Below the pieces are notes generated by a model that had not been told where the DNA came from, made no database searches, and worked only from the letters and a program-made list of their open reading frames with translations. This document shows positions 50,224 through 60,362 of a stretch of 64,000 bases of DNA, piece by piece. This stretch comes from Deltaproteobacteria bacterium (GTDB lineage: Bacteria; Myxococcota_A; Polyangia; Polyangiales; Houyiibacteriaceae). The stretch lies in the NCBI GenBank assembly GCA_034670305.1, contig JAXMNT010000020.1, positions 16,188-80,187 of the forward strand. Reading direction: 5' to 3'. The translations under genes were made by a program, and so were the position numbers. The stretch's first letter is position 1; each line of letters opens with the position of its first letter.

Positions 50224-52998
50224 ATGCCCTCTTCTTCCGCGCAGTTCGCGTCCGGAGTCTCCGTGGTGCTGTTGCTCGTTGCGTTCTCCTCGAACGCGTC
50301 GGCACAGAACAACACCCCGGAACGCGTGCCGCCGTCCGTCGGGCACGCGCCGGCCGTCGCCTGGCCCGCGGGGGCGCCGGAGGGGCCGCGAGAGGTGGTG
50401 GTCGTGCTCTCGCTCGAGGTCGACGCCGACGGCGTGCTCACGGGCGCCCAAGTGGTGACCGCGCCTCTCCCATCGGTCCTGTTTCGTCGAGCGGCGCTGG
50501 CCCACGTCGCGCAGATCGTGTTCCGCCCGGCGACGGTGGATGGCGTGCCCGTGGCGGCGCGGGTTCAGTACGCAGTGCGGTTCCGGGCGCCAGTGGCGGC
50601 CGACGTGGGGGCTGAGACCGACGCCGAGGCCGACGCCGAAGCCGAGGCCGACTCCGAAGCGGATGGCGAAGCCGACTCCGACGCCGACGCCGACTCCGAT
50701 GCCGAGGCCGATGCCGACTCCGATGCCGATGCCGATGCCGATGCCGGTGCCGATGCCGATGCCGATGCCGATGCCGATGCCGATGCCGATGCCGATGCCG
50801 ATGCCGATGCCGACTCCGACGCCGACTCCGGCTCCGACTCCGACTCCGAAGCTGGTGCCGGTGCCGACTCCGACTCCGACTCCGAAGCCGGTTCGTTCGG
50901 GGCGCGGGGGTGGACGGATCTGGATGTCGTCGAGCGGCCGCCGGCCGCCGCGAGTGAGTCCGACATCCAGCTCACCGCTTTCCGTTCGGTGCCCCGGCGA
51001 TCCGCCGAAGAGAACCTGACGCTCGCGCCTGGGATCGTGCTCGCGAACCATGGCGGCGAAGGCAAAGCGAGCGGCATCTACCTGCGCGGGTTCGATGCCG
51101 GTGAGGGGCAGGACGTGGAGGTGCTCGTCGATGGCATCCCGCTCAACGAACCGAGCAACGCACACCTGCACGGCTACGCCGACAGCCACTTTCTGATCCC
51201 CGAGCTCGTAGAGAGCCTGCGTCTGCTCCCGGGTCCGTTCGACCCGGCGCAAGGGGACTTCGCCCTCGCGGGCACCGTCGAACACCGCCTCGGCGCGGAC
51301 GAACCCGGCCTGCAGATCTTGGGCGGCTACGGATCGTACGCGCGCCGCCGCGCGTTGCTGCTGCTCGCGCAGGACGAACAACGGTTCGTCGGTTTCGAAG
51401 TCCAGTCGGGCGCAGGCTTCGGCATCAACCGACAGCACCGCAACGTGCGGCTGCTCGCGCGGTGGGGCGGCGGCGACGGCCGGCTCAGGTACCACATCAC
51501 CCTCGCGAGCCACGCGCTCCGCTTCGATTCCGCCGGGGTGGTTCGGTCCGACCGCGTGACGGCCCGCGCCCTCCCCTGTGCCTCGGACAGCGACGCCCAG
51601 TTCTTCTGCACGGACGACAACAACCAAGGCGGCTCGGCTTCCCGGCACCTCGTCGCCGCCCACCTGGACTGGCGGCGTCCCGGCCAGCGGTACCGGCAAG
51701 TCGTATGGGCCCAGCTGCGACGCAACCGGTTCCGAGAGAACTTCACCGGCACCCTCTTCGACGAGCGCGGCGATGGGCTCGACGAGCTGACCGACACCGT
51801 CACCGTCGGACTTCGGGGCGACTACGTCACCGACGCACTCGTCCGGCGCGGTCCACTGCGCGGCCTTCGGCAACAGCTGGAGCTTGGCTACCTCGCGCGC
51901 CACGACCGCGGCGAGTCCCGGATGTTTCGGGTGCGCGGCACGGGTGAACCGCATTCGGTGGTGTTCGACGACGACCTCGCGCTCACCCACGTCGCCGCCC
52001 ACGTCACCGGCGTGTTGCGGGTGCCCCGGTTGTCCGTCCGCGCGGGTGCGCGGATCGCAGGGTTCGTCTTCTCCACCGTGGACCACAACCAACCGGAGAT
52101 GGACCGAGTCGGCGAACGACTGCCGGAACAGTCCACCGAAGCGTTCGGCATCGCGTTGCTGCCGAGGATGAGCGCCGCGGTTCACCTGCTCGAGGGGTTC
52201 GACTGGACCACCAGCCTCGGTCTCGGGAGTCGATCCAGCGATGCGCGCGCGCTCAGCGAAGGCGAGTCGGCACCGTTCGCCCGGGCGCGTTCCGTGGAGA
52301 GTGGCTTGTCCCTGCTCCGAACGGTGGGAGACGTGAAGTTGGACGCGCGGGCGGGCGCGTTCTGGACGAACGTCGATCGCGATTTGCTCTTCGACTCCGA
52401 GTTCGGACGCAACGTGCCGCTCGGCGAGACCCAACGGTTCGGCGCGTTCGCGTCGCTCGGGGTTCACCTGGACGATTGGGTGGACCTGCTCGGCAGCTTC
52501 GCGTGGACCGAAGCACACCAGGCGCTCGATGGGGCCGGACCGTTCGATCTCACGAGCGGCCCCCGACTGCCCTTCGTACCCCGCTTCGTTGGACGGCTGG
52601 ACGCCGCGCTTCGCCGCGAAGTCAAAGTGCGCAACGACGGTGTCGTCTTCGGGCTCGCCGCCGGTGCCAGCCTCATCGGTCGGCGCCCGCTGCCGAACGA
52701 GCAGCTGTCTCAGCGCATCTTCGTGGTGGATGCCGCCGGCAGCATGCGCTGGCGCTGGCTCGAACTGGACATCGCGGTCCGCAACCTGCTCGACACGCGC
52801 TACCGCGCGGTCGAGCTGCAGTACGAGTCGCGCTTCGCCGCGGACGACTTCGGTTCGCTGCGCCCGGCCCGCCACTTCGCCGCGGGTCCGCCCCTCGAGG
52901 TCATGACGAGCCTCACCGTGCACCTGGACCTCCAAGCGTTCCGAAGTGTGTCCCAAGAAGACGCGTCCGCGCCGTCGAACCCAAGTGAGACCCCATGA
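50224..52998 (+). CDS. TonB-dependent receptor with an N-terminal TonB_C-like domain and an Asp-Ala tract
   Basis: [11 protein letters not shown]...[11 protein letters not shown] (TonB_C); plug [24 protein letters not shown]; barrel ending VRNLLD. Confidence 0.88.
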   Translation: MPSSSAQFASGVSVVLLLVAFSSNASAQNNTPERVPPSVGHAPAVAWPAGAPEGPREVVVVLSLEVDADGVLTGAQVVTAPLPSVLFRRAALAHVAQIVFRPATVDGVPVAARVQYAVRFRAPVAADVGAETDAEADAEAEADSEADGEADSDADADSDAEADADSDADADADAGADADADADADADADADADADADSDADSGSDSDSEAGAGADSDSDSEAGSFGARGWTDLDVVERPPAAASESDIQLTAFRSVPRRSAEENLTLAPGIVLANHGGEGKASGIYLRGFDAGEGQDVEVLVDGIPLNEPSNAHLHGYADSHFLIPELVESLRLLPGPFDPAQGDFALAGTVEHRLGADEPGLQILGGYGSYARRRALLLLAQDEQRFVGFEVQSGAGFGINRQHRNVRLLARWGGGDGRLRYHITLASHALRFDSAGVVRSDRVTARALPCASDSDAQFFCTDDNNQGGSASRHLVAAHLDWRRPGQRYRQVVWAQLRRNRFRENFTGTLFDERGDGLDELTDTVTVGLRGDYVTDALVRRGPLRGLRQQLELGYLARHDRGESRMFRVRGTGEPHSVVFDDDLALTHVAAHVTGVLRVPRLSVRAGARIAGFVFSTVDHNQPEMDRVGERLPEQSTEAFGIALLPRMSAAVHLLEGFDWTTSLGLGSRSSDARALSEGESAPFARARSVESGLSLLRTVGDVKLDARAGAFWTNVDRDLLFDSEFGRNVPLGETQRFGAFASLGVHLDDWVDLLGSFAWTEAHQALDGAGPFDLTSGPRLPFVPRFVGRLDAALRREVKVRNDGVVFGLAAGASLIGRRPLPNEQLSQRIFVVDAAGSMRWRWLELDIAVRNLLDTRYRAVELQYESRFAADDFGSLRPARHFAAGPPLEVMTSLTVHLDLQAFRSVSQEDASAPSNPSETP
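50614..50889 (+). repeat. In-frame (GCCGAT/TCCGAC)n tract encoding ~90 aa of Asp/Glu-Ala/Ser
   Basis: Read directly. Confidence 0.92.
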
Positions 52999-53804
52999 CC
53001 CGCCCCATCCAGCTGCCCGTGCTCTGCGTCCGAAGCGCAGTGCCAGCTCACCGAAGCGCAGTGCTGTCCTCGAGAATCGCTGTGCTCTTCGCGCTCGCCC
53101 TGCCCTTTCTCCCCACCCCTGGGTGCGGCGCGGGAACCGGCGCGCCGATCGTCGACGCGTCTTTTGCGATCGGCGGCAGCGACGCGGCGCGGTCCTTCGC
53201 GACCTCTGCGGGTTGGCAGGTCGAGCTCACCGAAGCGCGCATCGTGCTCGGACCCATCTACGCGTTGGCACCCCGCGACGAAGTGCCCATGGCCTTGCGC
53301 CTTTGGCCCACGTCGGTCGCCCGCGCCCACGGCGGCTTCGACGCACTCGATGGCCGCATCGTGCGCATGGAGGTGCTCGATCAGTTCCTCGTCGACGCCC
53401 TCGCGCCGGAGCCGCAGATCATCGCGACGCTGGCCGAAGAAGGCCGCGCCACCGAACTGTCGGTCGGCATCCTGCCACCGGTCGATCGGCACGTAGAAGC
53501 AACCCGCGGCTTCGATGTTTGGGTCGAGGGCACGGCCCGCCAAGGAGAGACCGAGGTGCCCTTCAGCGGCGGCCTCGATCTCGGCGACGACCCCATGGCG
53601 CGCCGAGTCCAGAACATCGACCTCGACGCGAGCCTTGCCGAAGGCGGCACACTCCAGCTCTTGGTCGATGCGCGCGTCTGGCTCGACGGCGTCGACTTCG
53701 ACCGGGTCGACGGCGAGTTCGCCCTGGACGGCCAGGCCCACGCCGCGCTCCGCGTCGGCGCGCGGCGACCCACTGCATTTTCGGCGACCTACCAGGCGCC
53801 CTAA
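52995..53804 (+). CDS. TBDT-associated hypothetical lipoprotein
   Basis: ATGA overlap; hydrophobic segment followed by PGC; ARAHGG. Confidence 0.7.
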   Translation: MTRPIQLPVLCVRSAVPAHRSAVLSSRIAVLFALALPFLPTPGCGAGTGAPIVDASFAIGGSDAARSFATSAGWQVELTEARIVLGPIYALAPRDEVPMALRLWPTSVARAHGGFDALDGRIVRMEVLDQFLVDALAPEPQIIATLAEEGRATELSVGILPPVDRHVEATRGFDVWVEGTARQGETEVPFSGGLDLGDDPMARRVQNIDLDASLAEGGTLQLLVDARVWLDGVDFDRVDGEFALDGQAHAALRVGARRPTAFSATYQAP

Positions 53805-53836
53805 CTCAACAACAACGAGACTCGAGCTTCAACGAC

Positions 53837-54742
53837 ATGACCATGAACAACACCCATCGCCCGCGGAGAGCTGGAATCGGCTCCCTGATCCTTCTCGCCA
53901 TCGTTGCGTGCGGCAGCGGGTCCACCGGCACCCTCGAAGTCCAACTCTCCGGTGAAGAAGCCAGCCAAGTCGGCTTCCCGGTCGGTGAAGGCGAGGGGCT
54001 GATCGCCTTCACCGATGGCTGGCGCATCGCATTCGATCGTGTGCTGGTCTCCGTCTCCGAGATCCACGTGCGCGCCTCGGACGGAGACGACGCGCTCGTC
54101 ATGGCCGATCCAGTCGTCGTCGACCTGCATCTCGGCGAGCCGATCGCCTGGCGCTTCGAGAACGTGCCTTCGCGCCGCTGGGACCGCGTGTCGTACCAGT
54201 TCGCGCCCGCCACTTCGGCGAGCCGCGGCGTGGGCGACATCTCCGCCGACGACGTGCAAGCCATGGCAGCCGGTGGCCACTCCTTCTGGATCGAAGGCAC
54301 CGCCACCCGCGGCGAGGAGTCGGTGGCGTTCTCCTGGCAGTTCGACGCCTCCATCGAGAACACCGGCTGCATCAACGGCATGGACGAGACCGATGGTCTG
54401 GTCGTGCGCGAGAGCGGCGTCAGTGGTGTGCAGCTCACCGTGCACTTCGACCACCTCTTCTTCGACAGCTACGCCCACGACGATCCGCAGCTGCGTTTCG
54501 ATCCCATCGCGGCGGTGGCGGGAGACGACGGCGTCGTGACGCTCGAGGAACTCGCCTCCCAATCGATCGTCGACATGCGCGACGCCGAAGGCGCACCGAT
54601 TCTGATCGACGGCGCCCCCCTGACCTACGACCCAGGCGACCTCGACATTCCGACGACCGACCTGCGCGCGTACATGATCGGCGCCCTGAGCACGACGGGA
54701 CACTTCAACGGCGAAGGCCACTGCGACTACGAGTTGCGTTAG
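53837..54742 (+). CDS. TBDT-associated lipoprotein with candidate metal ligands
   Basis: Lipobox IVAC; TVHFDHLFFD; C-terminal GHFNGEGHC. Confidence 0.75.
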   Translation: MTMNNTHRPRRAGIGSLILLAIVACGSGSTGTLEVQLSGEEASQVGFPVGEGEGLIAFTDGWRIAFDRVLVSVSEIHVRASDGDDALVMADPVVVDLHLGEPIAWRFENVPSRRWDRVSYQFAPATSASRGVGDISADDVQAMAAGGHSFWIEGTATRGEESVAFSWQFDASIENTGCINGMDETDGLVVRESGVSGVQLTVHFDHLFFDSYAHDDPQLRFDPIAAVAGDDGVVTLEELASQSIVDMRDAEGAPILIDGAPLTYDPGDLDIPTTDLRAYMIGALSTTGHFNGEGHCDYELR

Positions 54743-55137
54743 TCGGCGCAGGTGTCGCAGAGGCCGCGCAGCTGCACTTCTTCGACGTGGGCCACGCCCG
54801 TCACCGCGACCGACTCGATCGGGAGGCACGCCACGGTGCCGCACTCGGTACAGAGCAGATGCGGATGCTCCTGGTGGCGCTTCTCGCTCGCGAGCTCGAA
54901 CCGCCACACGTGGTCGCCGTGGTCCGAGCGTTTCGCCAAGCCCACTTCGACCAGGTCGCTCAGGTTGCGGTAGAGCGTCGCGCGGTCGAACCCGCGGGCG
55001 GCCAGACCGTCGTTCACTTCGGAGTGGCTGAGCGGCCGCGTCGCTGCCAGAAGCAACTCCAGCACCGCCATGCGGGCGCCGGTCGCTCGGAGCCCATGGG
55101 CCCGGAGCGCGGCTTTCAGCTCGTCGACACTGGCCAC
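54739..55137 (-). CDS. Fur-family regulator (Zur/Nur-like)
   Basis: GLRATGAR, DRATLYRNL, HQEHPHLLCTECG, GLCDTC; start GTG at 55137 or 55143. Confidence 0.9.
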   Translation of the reverse strand: MASVDELKAALRAHGLRATGARMAVLELLLAATRPLSHSEVNDGLAARGFDRATLYRNLSDLVEVGLAKRSDHGDHVWRFELASEKRHQEHPHLLCTECGTVACLPIESVAVTGVAHVEEVQLRGLCDTCAD

Positions 55138-55216
55138 CCGCACAGCATCCCACGCACCCCCGCCATCAGCAACCACAACCCAGTTGCAAAAACGACCCGG
55201 TTGCGTACGGTGCAGC

Positions 55217-56794
55217 ATGGTCGCCGCTTTGGCCATCTCTGTCCTCTCGGTCGTGTTCGGTGCGTTGCTCGCGCTGGGCCGTCGACGTTGGGCCATGCAC
55301 GGGCTGCAGACGTTCGCGGTCGTGGCCGCGCTCGCGGTCGTGCTCATGCACCTGCTGCCCGAAGCATTCGTGGGGGCCGGCATCGGCGCACTGGTCGTGT
55401 TCGGCATCGCGTTCGGTGCCGCGCGCCTTCTCGACCGGTTCCACACACACGACGTCGACGCGGCCGATCCGGCACGGAAGGAGTGGGGTCTCGAGCTCGG
55501 CTTCTGGGCTTTGTGTCTGCACAAGCTCATGGATGGCCTCGCGCTCGGCTGGTACGCGCGGCAGGGCTTCTCCCGCTTCTCGGGCGGCCCGAACTTCGAC
55601 GTGCTCTTCGCGCTCGCCGCCCACGCGGTGCCGGTGACCGCGCTCGTCGTCATCGCCTACCTGCCGCGCGGCACGAAGGTCGCCCTCACCCGCGCCGCGT
55701 GGTTGGCCGGCATGAGCGTCGCGGGTGTGCTGCTCGTGCGGGTGCTTCCCACGAGCCTCTACGTGCCCGTCGCACCGTGGATGGCGGCGGTCACCGGCGG
55801 ACTGCTCTTGCACGTGGTCTCGCACTCCCACGGCGCCGACGCGCGGTCGCACGACGGGCCGATCCCACTGCGTTCGCGGGTCGTCGACCTCCTGGCGATC
55901 GGTGGCGCGCTGATGCTCGTCGTGCTCGCTCGAGGGCCCGTCGGTCCGGCCGGCGACATCCGCTGGCGCACCGTCGACGCATTCGTCGAGCTCGGTCTCG
56001 AAGTCGCGCCCGTGCTCGTGGTCGCACTGCTCGCCGTCGCGCTGCTCCGCACCAGCCTCGAACGCACCCAGCTCGGTTCGCGTGTGCTCTCGGTATTGGT
56101 TCCGCTGGCTGCGATCGAGACCCTCGCCGTCTCGACGCGGCTGCTCGGGGAATCGTTCGCGGCGCTTCGCGTCGCCAACGCGATCGGCATCGCGCTCGTC
56201 GCCGGCGCGCTCGTCCGGCACAGCCGCAAGAAACAAGAGCCCACCACGCTCGCGCCGCAGCTCGATCGGCTCTTCGCGCGCACCGTCCCGTGGACGTTGA
56301 TCGGGTTGCTCGCCGCCGCGTACGTCCAAGTGCTCCTTCCCCCTCAAGCGCTCGCCCAGGTCTCTCTTGGGACCGCGTTTCTGGTGGTGACCCTCGTCGC
56401 GGTCCCGAGCTACATGTGCCCGGTCGCGGTCACGCCGCTCGCAGCGGTACTCATCGCCCGCGGCCTGCCCGCAGGGGCCGTTCTTGCGGGGTTGCTGCTG
56501 GGCCCTGCACTGCATCTCACGATGGCCAACCACCTCGCACGCAGCCACGGCCGCAAAGCAGCGCTGCTCTTCGTCGGCATCGTGCTGACGCTGGCCTGGG
56601 GCGCCGGTGGGTTCGTCGAATGGTCGGAGCTTCCGATCGCGCTGCGGGTCGAAATCGAGCCGCACCTGCACCATCCGCTCGAACAGCTCGCCCTCGGCAT
56701 CTGCGCCGCGGTCGTGGCGCGGATGCTCTATCTGTTCGGAATTCATGGTTTCTTTGCGACGGCGAGCCCCGACCGGTCCCGCATCGCCGTCTGA
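55217..56794 (+). CDS. Membrane protein: N-terminal ZIP-like domain fused to a DUF318/ArsP-like permease domain
   Basis: LMHLLPEA, LHKLMDGLALG, AAHAVP (ZIP); PSYMCPVAVTPLAAVL...GLLLGP (permease). Confidence 0.72.
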   Translation: MVAALAISVLSVVFGALLALGRRRWAMHGLQTFAVVAALAVVLMHLLPEAFVGAGIGALVVFGIAFGAARLLDRFHTHDVDAADPARKEWGLELGFWALCLHKLMDGLALGWYARQGFSRFSGGPNFDVLFALAAHAVPVTALVVIAYLPRGTKVALTRAAWLAGMSVAGVLLVRVLPTSLYVPVAPWMAAVTGGLLLHVVSHSHGADARSHDGPIPLRSRVVDLLAIGGALMLVVLARGPVGPAGDIRWRTVDAFVELGLEVAPVLVVALLAVALLRTSLERTQLGSRVLSVLVPLAAIETLAVSTRLLGESFAALRVANAIGIALVAGALVRHSRKKQEPTTLAPQLDRLFARTVPWTLIGLLAAAYVQVLLPPQALAQVSLGTAFLVVTLVAVPSYMCPVAVTPLAAVLIARGLPAGAVLAGLLLGPALHLTMANHLARSHGRKAALLFVGIVLTLAWGAGGFVEWSELPIALRVEIEPHLHHPLEQLALGICAAVVARMLYLFGIHGFFATASPDRSRIAV

Positions 56795-56798
56795 CCCC

Positions 56799-56835
56799 TT
56801 GACCTGTTCGATTCAACACTTCATCATTCATTCAA
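56799..56835 (+). promoter_or_regulatory. Putative promoter TTGACC-N17-CATCAT in an AT-rich, imperfectly palindromic tract (likely ArsR operator)
   Basis: -35 at 56799-56804, -10 at 56822-56827. Confidence 0.4.
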
Positions 56836-56862
56836 GTGATGGAGGATGTGAGACGAGGCCCC

Positions 56863-57228
56863 ATGCTGATCGATGTCGAGTCCGCCGACCCTCTGGAAGA
56901 CGAGGCGTGCGAACACGAACACGAAGGCGTCGATCACGAATCGATCGACCCGGATGTTCTGGAACGCGCCGCCGCGATCTTTCACGCAGCGGGTGATCCC
57001 GGTCGCCTTCGCATCCTTCACTGCTTGCTCTGCGAAGAGCACTGCGTAAGCGACCTGGCCGCCGAAATGGGCGACGCCATGTCGACGATCTCGCAGCGCC
57101 TGAAGGTGCTGCGCTCGCAGCGCCTCGTCACCCGTCGCCGGGACGGAAAACACATCTACTACGGACTCGCCGACGACCACGTCGCCGAACTCGTCCGCAG
57201 TGCCATCGAACACGCCAGTCACCACTGA
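56863..57228 (+). CDS. ArsR/SmtB metalloregulator
   Basis: GDPGRLRIL, CVSDLA, ISQRLKVLR, alpha5 site DDHVAELVRSAIEH; His/Cys-rich N-terminus; start uncertain. Confidence 0.9.
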   Translation: MLIDVESADPLEDEACEHEHEGVDHESIDPDVLERAAAIFHAAGDPGRLRILHCLLCEEHCVSDLAAEMGDAMSTISQRLKVLRSQRLVTRRRDGKHIYYGLADDHVAELVRSAIEHASHH

Positions 57229-57247
57229 CCCACCAAGGAGCCCGCTC

Positions 57248-57586
57248 ATGCACGACCACGAAGACCACGACCACGAACACGGCGAAGGCTGTGGACACAC
57301 CCAGGTCAAACACGGGGACCACGTCGACTTCGTGCACGACGGACATCTGCACCACGCCAAGGCGGACGGTGCGATCGAAGAGCACGCGCTCGAGGTGACC
57401 GAAGACAACCCAGCGGGCTGCAAGCCCCACTCGTGTGCCTCGCACGAAGGCGACCACGAACACGGTGTCGACTGCGGACACGAAGCGGTCCCGCACGGCG
57501 ACCACACCTGCTACATCGTGGATGGCCACCTGCACCACCCGCACGGCGATCACTGCGACGACCACGGCCCCGTCGAAGTCGTCTAG
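57248..57586 (+). CDS. His/Cys-rich metallothionein-like protein
   Basis: AAGGAG SD; two HxHGxxCGHxxVxHGDHxxxxxDGHLHH repeats. Confidence 0.85.
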   Translation: MHDHEDHDHEHGEGCGHTQVKHGDHVDFVHDGHLHHAKADGAIEEHALEVTEDNPAGCKPHSCASHEGDHEHGVDCGHEAVPHGDHTCYIVDGHLHHPHGDHCDDHGPVEVV

Positions 57587-57625
57587 CAGCCGCCAACAAA
57601 CGCGGGGGCGCATGCAGCTCCCACC

Positions 57626-58669
57626 ATGATCAAGTACCTCGGTTCCAAGCGCCGTCTGCTCCCTCAGCTGACGGCGCTTTTTGGCGCGTTGCCCGACGCG
57701 CACCATGTGCTGGATCTGTTCAGTGGCACCGCCCGGGTGGGACGCGCGCTCAAAGCAGCCGGCCACCAGGTCACCTCCTGCGACGAGCTCACCTTCGCCG
57801 CGACCCTGGCGCGCTGCTACGTGCAGGCGGATCCCGCCAAGGTGACACCTCGGGTGAAGCGCGCGCTGAAGGAGCTCGCCGCCCTGCCTCCGAAGCCCGG
57901 CTACTTCACGAAGACCTTCTGTGAAGACGCGCGCTTCTTCCAGCCGAAGAACGGCGCCCGCATCGACGCGATGCGTGACGGGCTCGACGACCTCGATCTG
58001 GACGAAGACACCCGCGCGGTCGTGATGGTCGCGCTGATGGAAGCCGCCGACCGGGTCGACAGCACCACCGGCGTGCACATGGCCTACCTGAAACAGTGGG
58101 CGCGGCGCGCGCACAACGATCTCGAACTCCGCATGCCGGAACTCGTGCCCGGCACCGGCCGCGCCCACCTCGAGAGCGCCGCGACGGTGGCGCGCACCAC
58201 TCCGGCCGACGCCGCGTACCTCGACCCGCCGTACAACCAGCACAGCTACCTCGGCAACTACCACGTGTGGGAGACGCTCGTGCGCTGGGACGCGCCGGAA
58301 GCCTACGGCGTCGCGCAGAAGCGCATCGATCGCAAGACCCGCAAGTGCGCCTTCAACTCCAAGCGCGCGATCGAAGGCGCGCTGAAAGAAGTGCTCGACG
58401 CGCTCGACGTTCGGCACGTCGTGGTGTCGTTCAACGACGAGGGCTACCTCTCGCGCGACCAGCTGATCGAGATGCTCTCCCCCCGCGGGCACGTGGAAGT
58501 CGTCGCGATCGACCACGCCCGCTACGTCGGCGCGAAGATCGGGATCCACGATCCGAGCGGACAGAAGGTCGGCAAGGTCAGCCACACCCGCAACCAAGAG
58601 CTGCTCTTCATCGCCACGGGGCGCCCGGCCGACGCCCAAGCCGCCGCCGCCGCCTGCACCCGCGCCTGA
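57626..58669 (+). CDS. Orphan N6-adenine DNA methyltransferase (Dam/D12-like)
   Basis: KYLGSK, VLDLFSGT, YLDPPYN. Confidence 0.88.
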   Translation: MIKYLGSKRRLLPQLTALFGALPDAHHVLDLFSGTARVGRALKAAGHQVTSCDELTFAATLARCYVQADPAKVTPRVKRALKELAALPPKPGYFTKTFCEDARFFQPKNGARIDAMRDGLDDLDLDEDTRAVVMVALMEAADRVDSTTGVHMAYLKQWARRAHNDLELRMPELVPGTGRAHLESAATVARTTPADAAYLDPPYNQHSYLGNYHVWETLVRWDAPEAYGVAQKRIDRKTRKCAFNSKRAIEGALKEVLDALDVRHVVVSFNDEGYLSRDQLIEMLSPRGHVEVVAIDHARYVGAKIGIHDPSGQKVGKVSHTRNQELLFIATGRPADAQAAAAACTRA

Positions 58670-58776
58670 CCCAACCAGGCAGGGACAAAACGTCCGCCGT
58701 TCCGGACCATTCGCGCATTCGTTCGAGGAGGTTGGATACCAAGGGCGCCGGCCCTTTTCGGCACTACGATGCACGC

Positions 58777-59742
58777 ATGGCTGTCTCTCGTACTGTGGTT
58801 CGAGCGCTCCTGAACGCGGCCGAGGCCGCCGGTCACCCCATCGAGTTCGAGGTCCAAGACAACACCTCCGAAGCCGAGGAACTCGACCTCTGGACCCGGC
58901 TGCTGGCGGTCATCCCCGACCTGGGATTCCAGGCGGCGACGACGTGGACCAAGGGACAGTTCCGGGTGCTCGAGTATCTGATGCGGACCGCGCCGACCAT
59001 GCAGGACAGCCTGGACGAACTCGTCCGATTCAACCGCGTGCTCCATGGCACCGCGATCTTCGACGGTGGGTTCGACGCGGACACGAAGCGGTACACCGTC
59101 CGCTTTCTCACCCCGCATCCGGACCACGCGTCGGTCGCAGCCGCGGGGGCCGAGTTTGCCCTCCTCTCGCTCTTCCGTTTCGGGTGCGACGCCACCGGTG
59201 CCGACCTCGAGATCGCGGAGCTGCTCTTTCGGCATCCCCCGCCCGCACACGCGGACGCGCTCGAGCGCGCATTCCGTCGACAGCCGGTGTTCGATGCCGA
59301 GACCGACGCGATCTCGTTCGGCCCGCCTGCGCTCGAGCGCGCGTTGGAGCAGCGGGACCCGGTGCTGCACGAGATCCTCGAAGAGGTTCTGCAGTCCGAG
59401 CTTCACTCGCAACCACGGACGGACTTGCTGCGCCTCGTGCGGACCCACACCGCCGCGCTGCTTCGACACGCCGAGCCGAAGCTTGCCGACGTGGCCAAGG
59501 TGATCGGTCTGAGTCGACGCACCCTTCAGTCGCGCCTCGAGGGGGAGGGCACGACGTTCCGCGCCGAGCTCGAGAGCCTGCGCGAGTCCCTCGCGCGCGG
59601 GTACCTGCGGACCTCAGACCTGGACGTCGCCGAGATCGCGGCGCTGCTGTCCTATTCGGAGGAGTCTTCGTTCCGCAGAGCGTTCAAGCGTTGGACGGGT
59701 CGGACCCCGACTCAGTATCGGAAACAGGTTCGCAAGCCGTGA
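58777..59742 (+). CDS. AraC-family transcriptional regulator
   Basis: LSRRTLQSRL and LLSYSEESSFRRAFKRWTGRTPTQYR. Confidence 0.92.
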   Translation: MAVSRTVVRALLNAAEAAGHPIEFEVQDNTSEAEELDLWTRLLAVIPDLGFQAATTWTKGQFRVLEYLMRTAPTMQDSLDELVRFNRVLHGTAIFDGGFDADTKRYTVRFLTPHPDHASVAAAGAEFALLSLFRFGCDATGADLEIAELLFRHPPPAHADALERAFRRQPVFDAETDAISFGPPALERALEQRDPVLHEILEEVLQSELHSQPRTDLLRLVRTHTAALLRHAEPKLADVAKVIGLSRRTLQSRLEGEGTTFRAELESLRESLARGYLRTSDLDVAEIAALLSYSEESSFRRAFKRWTGRTPTQYRKQVRKP

Positions 59743-60289
59743 GCTCTTCGAGCGCTTCAAGTTGCGAGCGACTGTTCTGAATCAGACCGAGCGCGGTCTC
59801 GAGCAGGTCCCGTGCTTCTTGCTCGTGGCCGTCTTCGATCTCCCGATGTGCGAGGCCGATCAACTCTCGGATGTGGGCGAGGCGGGCCGACCGGTCTGGC
59901 AGCGAAGCGCGGTGGACGGAGAGCTCCCGCTCCAGCTCGCGGACGACGACGCGTTCGCGGATGGATTCGGTGAGATCGTCGATGACCACGTAGAGACCGC
60001 CGTCTCCGACGAGGGTCGTCATGCGGAGCTTTCGTGGCACCGAGCTGTTCGTGGTCCACACCCGAACGTCCCGGTTCGGTCCCACGAGCGCGTCGCGAAT
60101 CGGAATCGAACCCTTCTGGAGGGCTTGCGAGAGCACATCCACCAGACACGAACCGTCCACGGCCGCCACGGGCAGACCGAGCAGTTCGAGCGCCCGCTCG
60201 CCTGCCCCGAGCACACGCAGGTCGGCGTCGGTGCGGATCACCCCCACCCGCAAATGGGCGACCAAACGCTCGACCTCCAAGACCCGCAT
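59684..60289 (-). CDS. Hypothetical protein with a PAS-like domain and coiled coil
   Basis: GVIRTDADLRVL...ALELLG...VIDDLTE resembles PAS; start uncertain. Confidence 0.5.
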   Translation of the reverse strand: MRVLEVERLVAHLRVGVIRTDADLRVLGAGERALELLGLPVAAVDGSCLVDVLSQALQKGSIPIRDALVGPNRDVRVWTTNSSVPRKLRMTTLVGDGGLYVVIDDLTESIRERVVVRELERELSVHRASLPDRSARLAHIRELIGLAHREIEDGHEQEARDLLETALGLIQNSRSQLEALEELTACEPVSDTESGSDPSNA

Positions 60290-60362
60290 CGAGCGCATGC
60301 TCGCGGAACCCATTCGAATGCGTCGAGGACCGAGAGCGCGAAAGTTCGAACCGAACACGCAA

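Noticed and set aside
52995..54742. MbnP/MbnH copper module
   Set aside because: No di-heme (CxxCH) peroxidase gene and no MbnP-type WxW motif seen
57626..59742. Restriction-modification system
   Set aside because: The neighbours are a metal-binding protein and AraC; no nuclease
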